Positions 23,495 through 35,130 of a DNA stretch of 64,000 bases are shown here, piece after piece (the stretch's first letter is position 1; the number at the start of each line of letters is the position of its first letter). The notes beneath the pieces were generated by a model that was not told the origin of the DNA, did no database searches, and was given only the letters and a program-made list of their open reading frames with translations. The translations under genes and the position numbers were made by a program. The DNA comes from Eledone cirrhosa. Taxonomy: Eukaryota. The DNA is taken from NCBI GenBank assembly GCA_964016885.1, contig OZ024743.1:218860001-218924000 (forward strand). The letters are read 5' to 3'.

Positions 23495-23757
23495 CCTGTG
23501 CAAGCTAGAAGTGGTCAGTTGACCTGGCTAGACACTTATGATAATTAGCCATAGAAAACAAAGTAGAAGAACTGTACAAGCTAGAAGTGGTCAGCTGACC
23601 TGGCTAAACTAACATGACAACTAGCCATAGAAAACAAAGTGAAAAACACATCTGTATAAACTAAAAGTGGTCAGCTGACCTGGCTAGACTTACATGACAA
23701 CTCATCTAACTCATACAAGCATAGAAGATGGATGGTAAACAGTGATGATGATGATGA
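23495..23757 (+). repeat. Three ~77-80-bp tandem units ending in an RTE-type (GAT)n tail
   Basis: aagtggtcag(c/t)tgacctggcta occurs three times, followed by catacaagcatagaagatggatggtaaacagtgatgatgatg. Confidence 0.8.
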
Positions 23758-24354
23758 ATACACACACACACACACATACACAATTGTGTATGTGTGTGTG
23801 ATTTCATCATCATAGTAACTAGAATAAAAACAGGCCCAGAAAAGTTCAGGAACTACTATTTCTATTAACAGCAAAAGAATTTCTCTCTGACTGTATGATG
23901 TCTGCATGTGAAGTGTGATTTTGTATTTAAGTGAAACCAGAGGAACGCCAGACAGTAATCTTTTCTTTTTACAATTTATATAATTAATCTACCCTAATAA
24001 ATTACACACAGTTAAAACGATGTTTCAGCATGAAAAATGCCGCAATTGCTAGGAGACATATTTAGCAGCAAGATGAAATTCTAAGGACATCTAAGGTTTC
24101 ATTATGATTACATTTTGTCTGTTAATATTTTTTTAACTTTGAAAAAAGCAATTTTTTCATGCAAAACTATCATTTTAACTATATGCATATTTTTTACAAG
24201 GAAGATCAATAATATCAGTGCTAACATGCTATCTTAAAGAAACTGCTTTGGCAAGGAAGGGCACATTGGACAATGTAGTTCCACATATGCAAGAGGATGG
24301 GATAGTCACAACTGAAATTTCTTTTATGTGCCCCACCCTAGATCTACCTCTCCA

Positions 24355-24466
24355 AGGTTGGTGTTAGGAAGGGCATCCAGCTGTAGAAATCAAACCAGAA
24401 TCTGTTCCCGTCCCACCCTTGCAAGCAGGGAAAAGCAGACGTAAAATGAAATGATGATGAATGATG

Positions 24467-24467
<1 letters not shown>
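24355..24467 (+). mobile_element. RTE-type 3' tail fragment
   Basis: ggttggtgttaggaagggcatccagctgtagaaa...gacgtaaaatgaaatgatgatg. Confidence 0.7.
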
Positions 24468-24525
<58 letters not shown>

Positions 24526-24529
24526 TATA

Positions 24530-25415
24530 TGAAGTATGTCAGAAAAGTAACAGGACGTAGTGTGCTGTATGAGCTATGAGTGAGGTAGGGATTTGCAGAT
24601 TGCATCACCATATGATGTAATATCAGGGGACTATATAACTGTAATCTCAGCTCTCTGCAGCCATTGTATGTTTTTTTACATACTTTTGTTAACAGCTCTT
24701 CAATTTTAGTCTGTCGTGTGATGGTCACAGAGCGACGAACCAGCCTGAAGTTTCTGGTTCAGCTAGGAAAAACTCTGTTAGAAGCACTCAGAATACTGCA
24801 GCAAGTGTACAGAGATGAGACGATGTCACGATCACAGATTTTCAAATGGTGCAAAAGGTTCAAAGTGGGGCATGGGGGCGTGGAAGATGACCCCAGGAAT
24901 GGATGGCCTTCAATGAGCAGGACTGAGGCCAACTTTGAGAGCATGAAGCATTTGGTACATGGCAATTGTCAGCTGACTGTTTGACTGATTGCAAGTGAGC
25001 TGGACTTGAACTGCGATAACGTTTGGAAAATTATCACTGAAGATTTGGGCAGGCAGAAGATCTGCGTGAAGATTCCCGAAGCATCCAGCAGTTCTTGGCC
25101 AAGAAAACCCTCATCATGCTGGAGCAACCTCCCTACTCACCAGACCTGGCTCCGTTTTATTTTTTCCGTTTCAACAAATTCAAGGGGGTCATCAATCAGA
25201 CCTGTTTTCCAGACATGGAAGCCATCAAGAGGGCCATGACAACAGAGCTGCAGAGAATCCCAGGAGAATACTTCTAGGAGTGCATGGAGGCATGGCAGAG
25301 AATGATGGAAAAGTGCATTAGACTCAAGGGAGATTATTTCAAAGGGGAAAACTTAAAGTTTCGATTTGAAATATTTTATGTGACCTCACTCCTGTTTCTT
25401 TCTGTCAAACTTTGT
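24530..25415 (+). mobile_element. Internally deleted, decayed mariner transposon
   Basis: N-terminal HTH (ERRTSLKFLVQLGKT..MSRSQIFKWCKRFK..EDDPRNGWP) and C-terminal PPYSPDLAP..KCIRLKGDYF. The middle of the DDD domain is missing. Imperfect TIRs tgaagtatgtcagaaaagtaacagga / tcctgtttctttctgtcaaactttg lie in TA tracts. Confidence 0.92.
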
Positions 25416-25458
25416 GTATATATATATATGTGTATATACATATGTATGTATCTATATC

Positions 25459-25504
<46 letters not shown>

Positions 25505-25553
25505 AGAAGAAGAGAGAGAGATACGTACATGCAGACACTCACACATATATTAA

Positions 25554-25766
25554 CCCTTTAGCGTTTATATTACTCTGTATTTACTATTGTATTTTCACAG
25601 TAAAGGCTTTATCTCATATAATTATCTCACACAGCATCAAAGCTACGAGATTTTTATGATGTTATTTAATACCTTAACACCAGTATGAGCAGCCGGTTAT
25701 GGCCAGTTTGAACAGAAAGAAGTGAGAGAATTCTGGCTGGATTTGGCTGGTTTAAATGCTAAAGGG
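25554..25766 (+). mobile_element. piggyBac-type MITE
   Basis: TTAA TSD on both sides, with TIRs ccctttagcgttta / taaatgctaaaggg. Confidence 0.88.
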
Positions 25767-26154
25767 TTAATTCCATACAATAATATATTTCTAACTTTGC
25801 TCTAAAACCAATTTTAAAGTTGTAACATCAACAGTAAGCATTCAAGCCTCACACAGGAAGAACCACTAATTTAGATTGTATCAGTCAATATCCAAAATTA
25901 TTTCAGAATAGAAGGAAACAGGTGAGGATCAACTTCCGGATATATTTCATTTGTAGCACATGAATTTCTCACTTCCCTTCCTCGATAAAATGCCTGAGAT
26001 CGAAACATCAGTCACTACACTTCCTCCATAATTAATAATCTTGTGCTATAGATTTGGCAAGTAGTTTGCAAGAAAAATGATGTATCACATTACAGTGTGC
26101 ATGAATTTATATAATTATGTAGGTTTTCTTGTGTGTTGCATAATTTTCAACATT

Positions 26155-26295
26155 CGTACACACACACACACACATATATATATAATGTATGTATAACATG
26201 TGTGAGTGAGAGACTATATTTGTATATATGTATATATGTGTGTGTGCTTTCTGTGTGTATATATATGTGTGTGTCTGTGTGTGTGTATATATATA

Positions 26296-26379
<84 letters not shown>

Positions 26380-26430
26380 TATATATATATGTGTGTGTGT
26401 GTGTATACATGTATATGTATATATATATAG
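26155..26430. repeat. Compound (CA)/(TA)/(TG) microsatellite
   Basis: Directly visible. Confidence 0.95.
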
Positions 26431-27389
26431 AAAGAGAGGGTGGAAGAACAACTAAGTTGGATAGGAAACATAGCTTAAGGAAAGTAGACATATAGTCTAC
26501 ATATATTTCATCCATTTTACGCTGACAAATTCAATATCCATAATATTGAATCAATCAATATATATCCACTTCAAGTTCACTAATTACATTGCTGCTCATA
26601 CAAATTTTATTATATCAACTGGAGAAATAATATCTGACCACGAATATTTCCCAATTTCTCAGAAAGCTGATATAATCTAAAATTGCCGAAAGCTTGTGCA
26701 AGTGAGCATTAAGCAGGAAAACTGGTGAACATGACTTTAATTATTTGGAGTTGTTAGTTCGATGTGTTCAGCCTAAGTTGACCTAAGATAGTAACATATC
26801 CAGGGTTGGCACCAAACTTCCCAAAGTTCAAACTCACTTCTCAGTGTCTTGCCATGATTCACTTGTTAATTGAATTGAATTTCCCTTTTTCTTTCTTGAC
26901 AAGAATTAATTATTAACCCTTCCAGTGCCAAACCCCCTGAAACCAGCTTTGGTTGTTTTATAAAACAAATCTGTTTATTTTAAAGTGTTTATCTTAATCT
27001 ATGAAATAACTCCATCATATTTTTTTTATACCATGCACCAACACCAGCTTATATTACAGGATCCCTCCAAATTCTTGATTATTTTCAAAATGATTTAAAA
27101 ATCATAGACAATGGTCAGCCTAAGAACTTTCAACCAACCCTCATATATAAAGGAATCTACTTCCAGTACATATTTCTGTAGCATACTGCTAAGGAAGTGT
27201 ATAATTGTCTGTTTTTATGTTTCTCAATAAAAACATTTCTATATCCAGCGGAATAACATATGGAATTTATTTTGATTATACACCTTAATTCATTTTCACT
27301 TCATTCCATTAACATTACTCTTTTACCTGCTCCAGCCATCTTACTGAGGCCATGCTGGGGCACCACCCTCGGCATTATATATTTCTTAT

Positions 27390-27532
27390 GAGATTTTGTT
27401 CCACTGAGGTCAGTTTTACCTTTTATCCTTATGGAGTCGATAAAATAAAGTACCAGTAATGTACTGGGGTTGATTTAATCAACTTTCCCCTCCCCTCAAA
27501 ACTTTTGGCCTTGTGTCTAAATCAGAAACCAT
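27390..27532 (+). mobile_element. tRNA-SINE 3' part (long subfamily)
   Basis: ctgaggtcagttttaccttttatccttatggagtcgataaaataaagtaccag...ggccttgtg. Confidence 0.8.
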
Positions 27533-27611
27533 TCATATTTCTCATGTGTGTGTATATGAGTGCATGCATATGTGTGATGTGTTTAAGAGGGTATATATGT
27601 TTAAGTGTGTA

Positions 27612-27770
27612 GATGCAGTACGGCAAAATGGTTAAGAGGTTGTTCTTTACAATCATAAGGTCCTGAGTTCAATCCCACAGGAGGGGGGACATTCTCAGGA
27701 AAGTGTCGTTTATCATAGCCTCATGTCAACCCAAGCCTTATGAGTGAAACTGGGTGAATAGAAACTGTTT
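27612..27770 (+). mobile_element. Degenerate tRNA-headed SINE (CORE-like)
   Basis: ggcaaaatggttaag...GAGTTCAATCCC...aggaaagtgtcgttta. Confidence 0.55.
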
Positions 27771-28300
27771 GAATGGCCTGTACTTGTAATTCAAATGGCC
27801 GGTCATGTCACATACTATGTCATATTGAATTATCCCTGAGAATTATATTAAAGGTACATGTGCCTGAAGAATGCTCAGCCACTTGCATATGAAGCTTTTG
27901 AGCATATTGTTCCATTGATAAAAAAAACTACTGATTTACTCATTGTCAAATCTGACATAGCTCCATTTTATATATACCGTATACACTCAAACATATTTAA
28001 GTATATATACAGTAAGTGTGTTGAAACAGAAATTTGTGCTCCTTAACGTGCTGTGAAAATATATTGGTACATATACCATGCTGTGATGAGTGTGTCCTGG
28101 AAACATATACATATACACCAGGTCTAAACATAAAAGAACCAAACTCCCACTGTCATTGCCTCCGTCTCTCCTCATCCCTCACTATTATGAACAAATGGGG
28201 GCCCACGCACAGGTCACCCCATGGCCCAGGTGGACAGAATAGAGAAGGTATTTCCCCGGAGGATGGTGAGGGAGACGTGCTTGAAGAACCATTCCAGCTT

Positions 28301-28499
28301 GGAGGGTTGGCTGAAAAGTTCAAAGGCTGAACAGGAGACTCTCATGGAATGACTAAATAAGGTTTATTTTTCAACATAGTCCCTGGAAAAAACCCAATGC
28401 AATTATTAATAAGAAGAGTTGAAATTAATGCATGCAAGATTTCGCAGTTCTAGCATCAATCCTTCATAGTCAGCCTATGAACTTTTCAGCCAACTGTCA
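28301..28499 (+). mobile_element. Mariner-type MITE (same family as 4399 and 4598)
   Basis: Same TIRs and interior, with CpG decay. Confidence 0.85.
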
Positions 28500-28828
28500 T
28501 ACATGGAAATATTCACATACATATACACATGGACTGGTGTATACAAATATACATAAACACATGCATACTTACATAGAATATGTAAAGACATATATATTCA
28601 GCCAGCATCTTTTAAGTATTTCCTATTGAGTGGCTAATTAGCAGCAGATTTTACCTTCAGTAATAAAATGTGTAACTTTCCTGTGTCACATGAATGATTA
28701 TTAAGGTGTTGTAATATACACACACACATATATATATATATATATATGTACATACACAGACATCCATACATGCATATATATATATTATATACATGTAGAT
28801 ATATTTATTTATATTGAATACATGCACT

Positions 28829-28869
<41 letters not shown>

Positions 28870-29214
28870 GGTATGTAAAAATATCCAAGGTATAGAGCAA
28901 CTCAAGTCCATAGGGGGAGTTTGAATATAATTAAGACAAGTTACTTCAATGGCACCATACCAGGTACATACGTTTTGTTAGCCCTAAGGACCAACTTATC
29001 TAACCTGTGCTGATGAAAATAAACTGAAAAATATTTAATCAAAAATAAAAATACCGAACAAAGAGAGAAGAGCCCCAAATTAAGGGCAGATAATCTGGAT
29101 TGTCTAGAGGAGACAATTTGACTGAAAAGACATGAGTAAATGGTAAATTAGATAATAATTATGAGGGGAATTGAAAAAAATCACTATTTTAAGAAAGATA
29201 TTAAGGAAGCCAGT

Positions 29215-29960
29215 TCTTTAAAAGGTACTTAGAAATGTGAGAACATCGCAATAAAAACTCTATTCATGTGTTATATGGGTTGTTATTGTTGTGGAAATTA
29301 TTCAGTATCTACCATTTCTCATCATTGCATAATCTGCTGCAGATCTTGAGCCCATTTATATATGGTTGAGATTTTTCTAGTATCTTCCATTTGATGGAGA
29401 AGTCAATGTTCCTGTCTTTGAGTTGCCATATCTTATTTGCCAAATGTTTTATGTTTCCTTTATTTAGGTATGTGAAGGTCATTTCATGAATAAGGAAGCG
29501 ATTTTTAAACTGGCTCTCTGGCATACCGACATATTTCCAATATTCATTTTGGTGATGTTGATTTTATGGAGAGACCTCAGCTTCATGTATTATCACTGGG
29601 ATGTTGCATTGTTGATCCAGCAGACTCAGGCTTTTTACAAGAACATCCATATACTTTTGGGCTCTGTTGTCTATGCAGGAGGCATGAGCTCATGTTCCTG
29701 GCACAGGAATATCCAATTTTGATCATTTGACCATATGACAGTTAAACATCTGGAGATATTTGTGTCCTAGGGGAAAGTGTGTATCTATCAGGGCAAAAAA
29801 TTTCTTTCAAACATTAGTTTTGACATTTAACGAGAAAGGAGGAGAGAACCAGATTTTTGCTTTATTTCTAGGTTTTATTCTTCTTAGTATTTGGGGAGTG
29901 GCCTGCAATGTAGGAAATATTCTTGGAGAAGCTGCTATTGCATAAAGCCATTTTCGATAT
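29215..29960 (-). mobile_element. Decayed Penelope-like element (linker and GIY-YIG endonuclease region)
   Basis: Minus strand IWFSPPFSLNVKTNV*KKFFALIDTHFP..HKYLQMFN and FKNRFLIH..LANKIWQLKDRNIDFSIKWKILEKSQPY..C..LCNDEK. Confidence 0.8.
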
Positions 29961-30769
29961 GGCAGCCCTTACACAATAACAGATTCTCCGAGCATATTTC
30001 CTATAGTGTGATAGAACAATAGCTAGCAGAGTCAGTGGCATTGCTTTACATGGTAATGGAACATGCTGTAGCATGTTTTCAAAGATCTGGATGTATCCTT
30101 AAAGAGTGAGAGGGAAAAATTGAAGTGCTTATAGTGTATAAGGGATGCATTGTTTGAGAGTAATGCAAATGACTATGTCAAAACCAGTGAGCACACATAT
30201 TTTCACACATGGTATGTATGTATGCATTGTAGCAGGCCTAGTTAACGTTCAGGGCTACTGGTAATATGTAATTAAGTAGAACCTATAACATGGTCAAGTT
30301 GTCAGTGACTAAACCAGCACCCTAACCTTAATTGCAGCTATGACTAATCCACATAGAGGAATTGAACTTTAGTTGTGTATGTGGTGTAGAAGGATATGGA
30401 CAAAGAGATGGTTTTAAACACACCTACCATATATACTTGAATATAAACCAATCTGAATATAAGTCATCCCCTATTGTATGTCTGAAAAATGGGCAAAAAT
30501 TCAAACCCCATTTATAAGCCAAGGCAGCTAATCAACACATTCTTTAGCTGGCATATATAAGCCCCCCCCCCCCCCCCCATTTTACCATAAATTTTTTGGG
30601 GGAGGTCATATATTCCTCAGCTTATATGAAAATAAAATAACATTAAATAATGTACTTTGAGGTACACAATTCCTGAAAAAGATAAGATGGGATTGTCATG
30701 GTTGAACACTTTGATGATACATCTGTGATCAAAGGTGAAATGTCCAATGTTCGATATCTTCATAATGGT

Positions 30770-30975
30770 TTCTGATTTAGGCACAAGTATTGGGAGAGAT
30801 GGGAAAGTCAATTAAATCAACCCCAGTGCATTACTGATACTATAGTATATTGACCCTGTAAGAATGAAAAGCAAATCTAACCTTGATGGGATTTAAATTA
30901 GGAATGTGAAGAGCTGTAACCCTATGCTGCAGAGCATGTTGTCTGATGCTCTACTGATACTGCCAATTCACAGCT
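30770..30975 (-). mobile_element. Degenerate tRNA-SINE
   Basis: tttaggcacaag...gatgggaaagtcaattaaatcaaccccagt...gaatgaaaagcaaa...tgccaattcac. Confidence 0.75.
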
Positions 30976-31371
30976 ATATAATGATATATATTTATATATT
31001 GACTTGAGCCAATATCATATCAAAGATTTGAACTGTATACTTCTTCGAATTAGGAGAAATGTAACATTTGCAGTCAGTTTTTGCTATTTAATCGCATGTA
31101 GACTCATCTGCTTTGAACCACAGTGTTAAGGTCTTAACTTTGTAACAAAGGTTAATTAGAAGAAGGTTAATAATAAGAAAATCTTATCAGTTGCTTGGTC
31201 ATGTGAAAGTCTTAGAAATTTCGAGAAAGACTTCTGAGAAATTGTTTAAAAGTGTACATTTAACTTGTTCAAACGTCTTACAGATCTAACTATCCATTAA
31301 TGTGTATTGTAAAGACTGATGTAATGGCTTTACTCTAATGCAACTTGATAGCCATCATTCAATAGGCCCTT

Positions 31372-31935
31372 GTGTGGTGTGTGTGTGTGTGTGTGTGTGT
31401 GTGCATGTATATATGTGTGTATGCTTGAATGTATGCATGTGTGTCTGTATATATGTGTATTTATATATGTGTGTATTTATATATGTGTGTATTTATATAT
31501 ATGTGTATGTATGCAGGTATGTATGTAATCATGTATTCGTGTATGTATGTGTATATATGTGTATATATGTATATGTGTGTATATATATGTGTATGTATGT
31601 ATGTATGTGTGTATGTAAATATGTATGTTGATGTACAAATATATGTATGAGTGTAGATATGTATGTAACTGTGTATGAATGTATGTGTGTATCTATGTGT
31701 ATGGATAGATGGATGCATTTATGTGTCTGTATGTATGTGTATGTATAGATGCATAGACACATGTCTGTCTATATGTATGTGTACATGTAGATGCATTTAT
31801 GTATGTGTGTCTGTATGTATGTGTATGTATGTGTATGTATAGATGCCTATATGTCTGTCTGTATGTATATGATAGTTGTATGTATGTGTATGTATATTTG
31901 TGGTATATACACTGGAGATTGTAAATGTGTGTGTG
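31372..31935. repeat. Degenerate (TG)/(TA)/(TATG) low-complexity tract
   Basis: Directly visible. Confidence 0.93.
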
Positions 31936-32934
31936 TTGAAGAATGTCTCTGCCCAATAATCTCGATGTTGTGAACTCCACAAGTGATTTACATGAGTAAA
32001 GGCCACCATGAAATTATTGCAGGTTATAGCTAGGTTACTACACATTAAAACCATTCCAGTAAGCGCTCAATACAACTTATCAACAAGTTTTCAATCAAAT
32101 CGTTCTTTTAATGTAATTAAACACCTACCAAAAGTAAGCGCCTGCTTTAACGAAATCAATAGTTCCTGCTATCGAGTGGCATTCTTTAATAGATGGAATA
32201 AATTACTGTTGCAGATAAGAAGATTCTTTTCAACGCTAAATTTGATAATATTGATACAAAGCAATACCAATTCCAATTCCTGCAAATAAAATAAATAATA
32301 GACTTTGAAATTATGACTTGGACAAGATCTGTCAGCTAAACAAAACCATAATTCAGGGGAAATTTTTATTGGGGTTGGATATAATCGATTGAACCAACAC
32401 AAGTTTATTACTGATATTCATTTGATTGATTCTCAATACATGAAAGGTGGGATTTAAGATCAAAACTATGAGAGTATCCGAAATAGATACTAAAATATTC
32501 ACCGTTCCAGTTCTACTATATATTAGCTACTCTGAAGACTTATGAAGTCTTAAATATCATAATGTCAGTTTGGCAAGAAAGTCATATTGGATGAAATAAA
32601 AAATGGCGGTGGTGGTGGTAGTAGTAGTAGAATAACTGATAACCAGTATTTATTGCTTCTGTTGCAGAATTGCAGCTAACTTTGGTTTTGATAACATGTT
32701 GAATAACAGATTGATGAATCAGTAGTTCAAATTATTCCAATGATAGAATTGGTAAATCAATGCAAGGAAATGTGGATGGGTCTATCCTTTGCTACTGTCA
32801 ACATCGACAAGAAAGCCAAACGTCAGTGTGTAATTTTATTGTACACCAAGTTACATACTGTCTTGTTACTCTTGCCATCAGAAATATAATAAATCTGTGA
32901 TAGGCTCATTGGTAACTTGTAACCAAAGATACTA

Positions 32935-33130
32935 TTGATTGGCAGTGTTGGTAGAGCATCGGACACCCTGCTTTATGACATAGAGTTACGGCCCTTTACG
33001 CTCTGAGTGAAATCCTGCTGATGTTAGCTTTTCCTTTTATTCTTATGGAATCGATAATAAAGTACCAGTCATGCACTGGGTTGATTTAATCAGTTTTCCC
33101 CTCCCCCAAATTGTTGGCCTTCTGCCTAAA
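32935..33130 (+). mobile_element. tRNA-derived SINE (long subfamily)
   Basis: gattggcagtgttggtagagcatcggac...ctgagtgaaatcc...aaagtaccagtcatgcactggg. Confidence 0.85.
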
Positions 33131-33154
33131 TGATTGTTTACTCATATTAATATA

Positions 33155-33546
33155 CGAGGGTTGGCTGAAAAATTCATAGGCTGACTATGAAGGAGCAATG
33201 CTAGAGCTGAGAAATCTTGCATGCAGATTTAGGAAATACTTATAAGATTCTGGCTGAATAGAAATGATTTTACATATTCTATGTAAGTATGCATGTGTTT
33301 ATGAATATTTGTATACATCAGTACATGTGTATATGTATGTAAATATATCTATGTGTGAGTGTATGCGAGGGTTGGCTGAATGGTTCATAGGCTGACTACG
33401 AAGGATTGATGCTAGAGCTGTGAAATCATGCAGTCATTAATTTCAACTCTTCTTATTAATAAATGCATTTTTTCTTCCAGGGACTATGTTGAAAAATAAA
33501 CCTCATTTAGTCATTCCATGAGAGTATCTTGTTCAATCAACCCTCG
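33155..33546 (-). mobile_element. Two mariner-type MITE copies (partial 33155-33225; near-full 33366-33546)
   Basis: Both begin with the terminus cgagggttggctgaa..ttcataggctgacta. The interior is the reverse complement of 28301-28499. Confidence 0.85.
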
Positions 33547-33577
33547 TAATATAAAATTAATAATTTATAATTTAGGT

Positions 33578-33760
33578 ACATGCGAATAATCAATGGGGGA
33601 GAAAAAGTTGAGTATGCAAACACCAGTACATAACTGGTACTATACTTGATCAATCCTAGTATGATGAAAAGCAAAGTTGACGTTCATGAGATTTGAACTC
33701 AGAATCTAAAAGTCTGTAACTAAAAGCTACAAAGTATTTTACCTGACACTTTAATATAAA
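33578..33760 (-). mobile_element. Degenerate tRNA-SINE abutting the satellite
   Basis: ctggtacta..gatgaaaagcaaagttgac..gagatttgaactcag. Confidence 0.75.
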
Positions 33761-33761
33761 C

Positions 33762-33987
33762 ATTAGCTACATTACATTGAGAGAAATATATACATTAACT
33801 ACATTACACTGAGTAAGATATATATTAACTACATTACAGTAAGATATATATTAACTACATTACACTATGTAAGATATATATTAACTACATTACAGTAAGA
33901 TATATATTAACTACATTACAGTAAGATATATATTAACTACATTACAGTAAGATATATATTAACTACATTACACTGTGTAAGATATAT
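33762..33987. repeat. Left edge of the 26/30-bp satellite (~8 units)
   Basis: Units ttaactacattacagtaagatatata plus 30-bp variants. Confidence 0.95.
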
Positions 33988-35130
33988 TAGGAAAGGCGTA
34001 GGTAGAAACTCCATTTTATGTCCTAAATGCAAAGTATGGGTGCATAAAAGATGTAGTGGGATCACAGGTAAGCTAACTAAGAACATAGATTTTACATGTG
34101 GCCGGTGTTCTGGTGCAATAAGTAGCAGCAAGTGCCCACAAAATACTAGCTCTTTCAATTGCGCAGAGGGTTCTATAGAAATAGTGGACAGCTTCCGTTA
34201 CCTGGGCGATAAAATCAGCAGTGGGGGAGGGTGCTCTGAAAGTACTGTAGCTAGAGTCAGAACTGGTTGGAAAAAGTTCAGAGAGCTTATACCACTATTA
34301 GCTGCTAAAGGGTTCTCCCTAAAAATGAAAGGCAGGTTGTACGATGCCTGCATACGAACAGCAATGTTGCATGGCAGTGAGACCTGGGCATTGTGTGCAG
34401 AGGATATACGCAGACTAGAGAGGAACGAAGCTTGCATGCTCCGCTGGATGTGTAACAGTAATATACGTGAACGGCAAAGCATAAACGAACTAAGGAAAAA
34501 ATTAGAGATAAGAGGGATCAGATGTTGTTTACTCGAGAGAAGGCTACGTTGGTATGGACACGTGATGCGCATGAAAGTCGATAGCTGTATAACAAAGTGC
34601 AGGGCAATAAACATAGACGGTAGTCACGGAATAGGCAGACCTAGAAAAACCTGGGACGAGCTGATAAACTCCGACATCACACACTTACACCTCTCCAAGA
34701 CAATGTCACTGGACCGAGACCTTTGGCGGTACTCAGTAACAGAGAAGACCCGCCTTGCCAGTAGGCATCTCTAACAAAATACACCCCGTCCCGCCACCAC
34801 CCCCACCCCATCCACACCACCCCGTTCTATGTAAAGTTATGTTGGTGCCGCGCCATCCAGGCCGAAACAAATGAGATCGTGTAGGTGTCATGACAAAAAA
34901 ACACACAGTCCACGCTGTAATGTGGCCGTGTAGGCAACATGGTAAAAACCTCCCAGACCCACACTGTAAATGTGGTTGGTGTTAGGAAGGGCATCCAACT
35001 GTAGAAAACCTGCCAGACAGTCCTATGTGAGCAAGACAATCACTCTTGCCTCAAGTGGGACTACCCCCGTCCAAACCCATGCAAGCGTGGAACACGGACG
35101 TTAAACGTTGATGATGATGATGATGATGAT
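33988..35130 (+). mobile_element. Young 5'-truncated RTE LINE inserted in the satellite; open frame 33989-34774
   Basis: Uninterrupted RT C-terminal frame (VDSFRYLG, GWKKFREL, MLHGSETW, RLRWYGHV, GRPRKTW), followed by a 3'UTR and (GAT)n tail. TSD (at)tacactgtgtaagatatat at 33969-33987 and 35131-35149. Confidence 0.95.

Noticed and set aside
26107-26515. YI/HT/CV-repeat ORFs (also at 31338-32054 and 9038-9371)
   Set aside because: These are microsatellite translations.
32650-32760. Plus-strand exon after the ttctgttgcAG acceptor
   Set aside because: All three frames contain stops before a donor. It could be non-coding, but nothing supports that.
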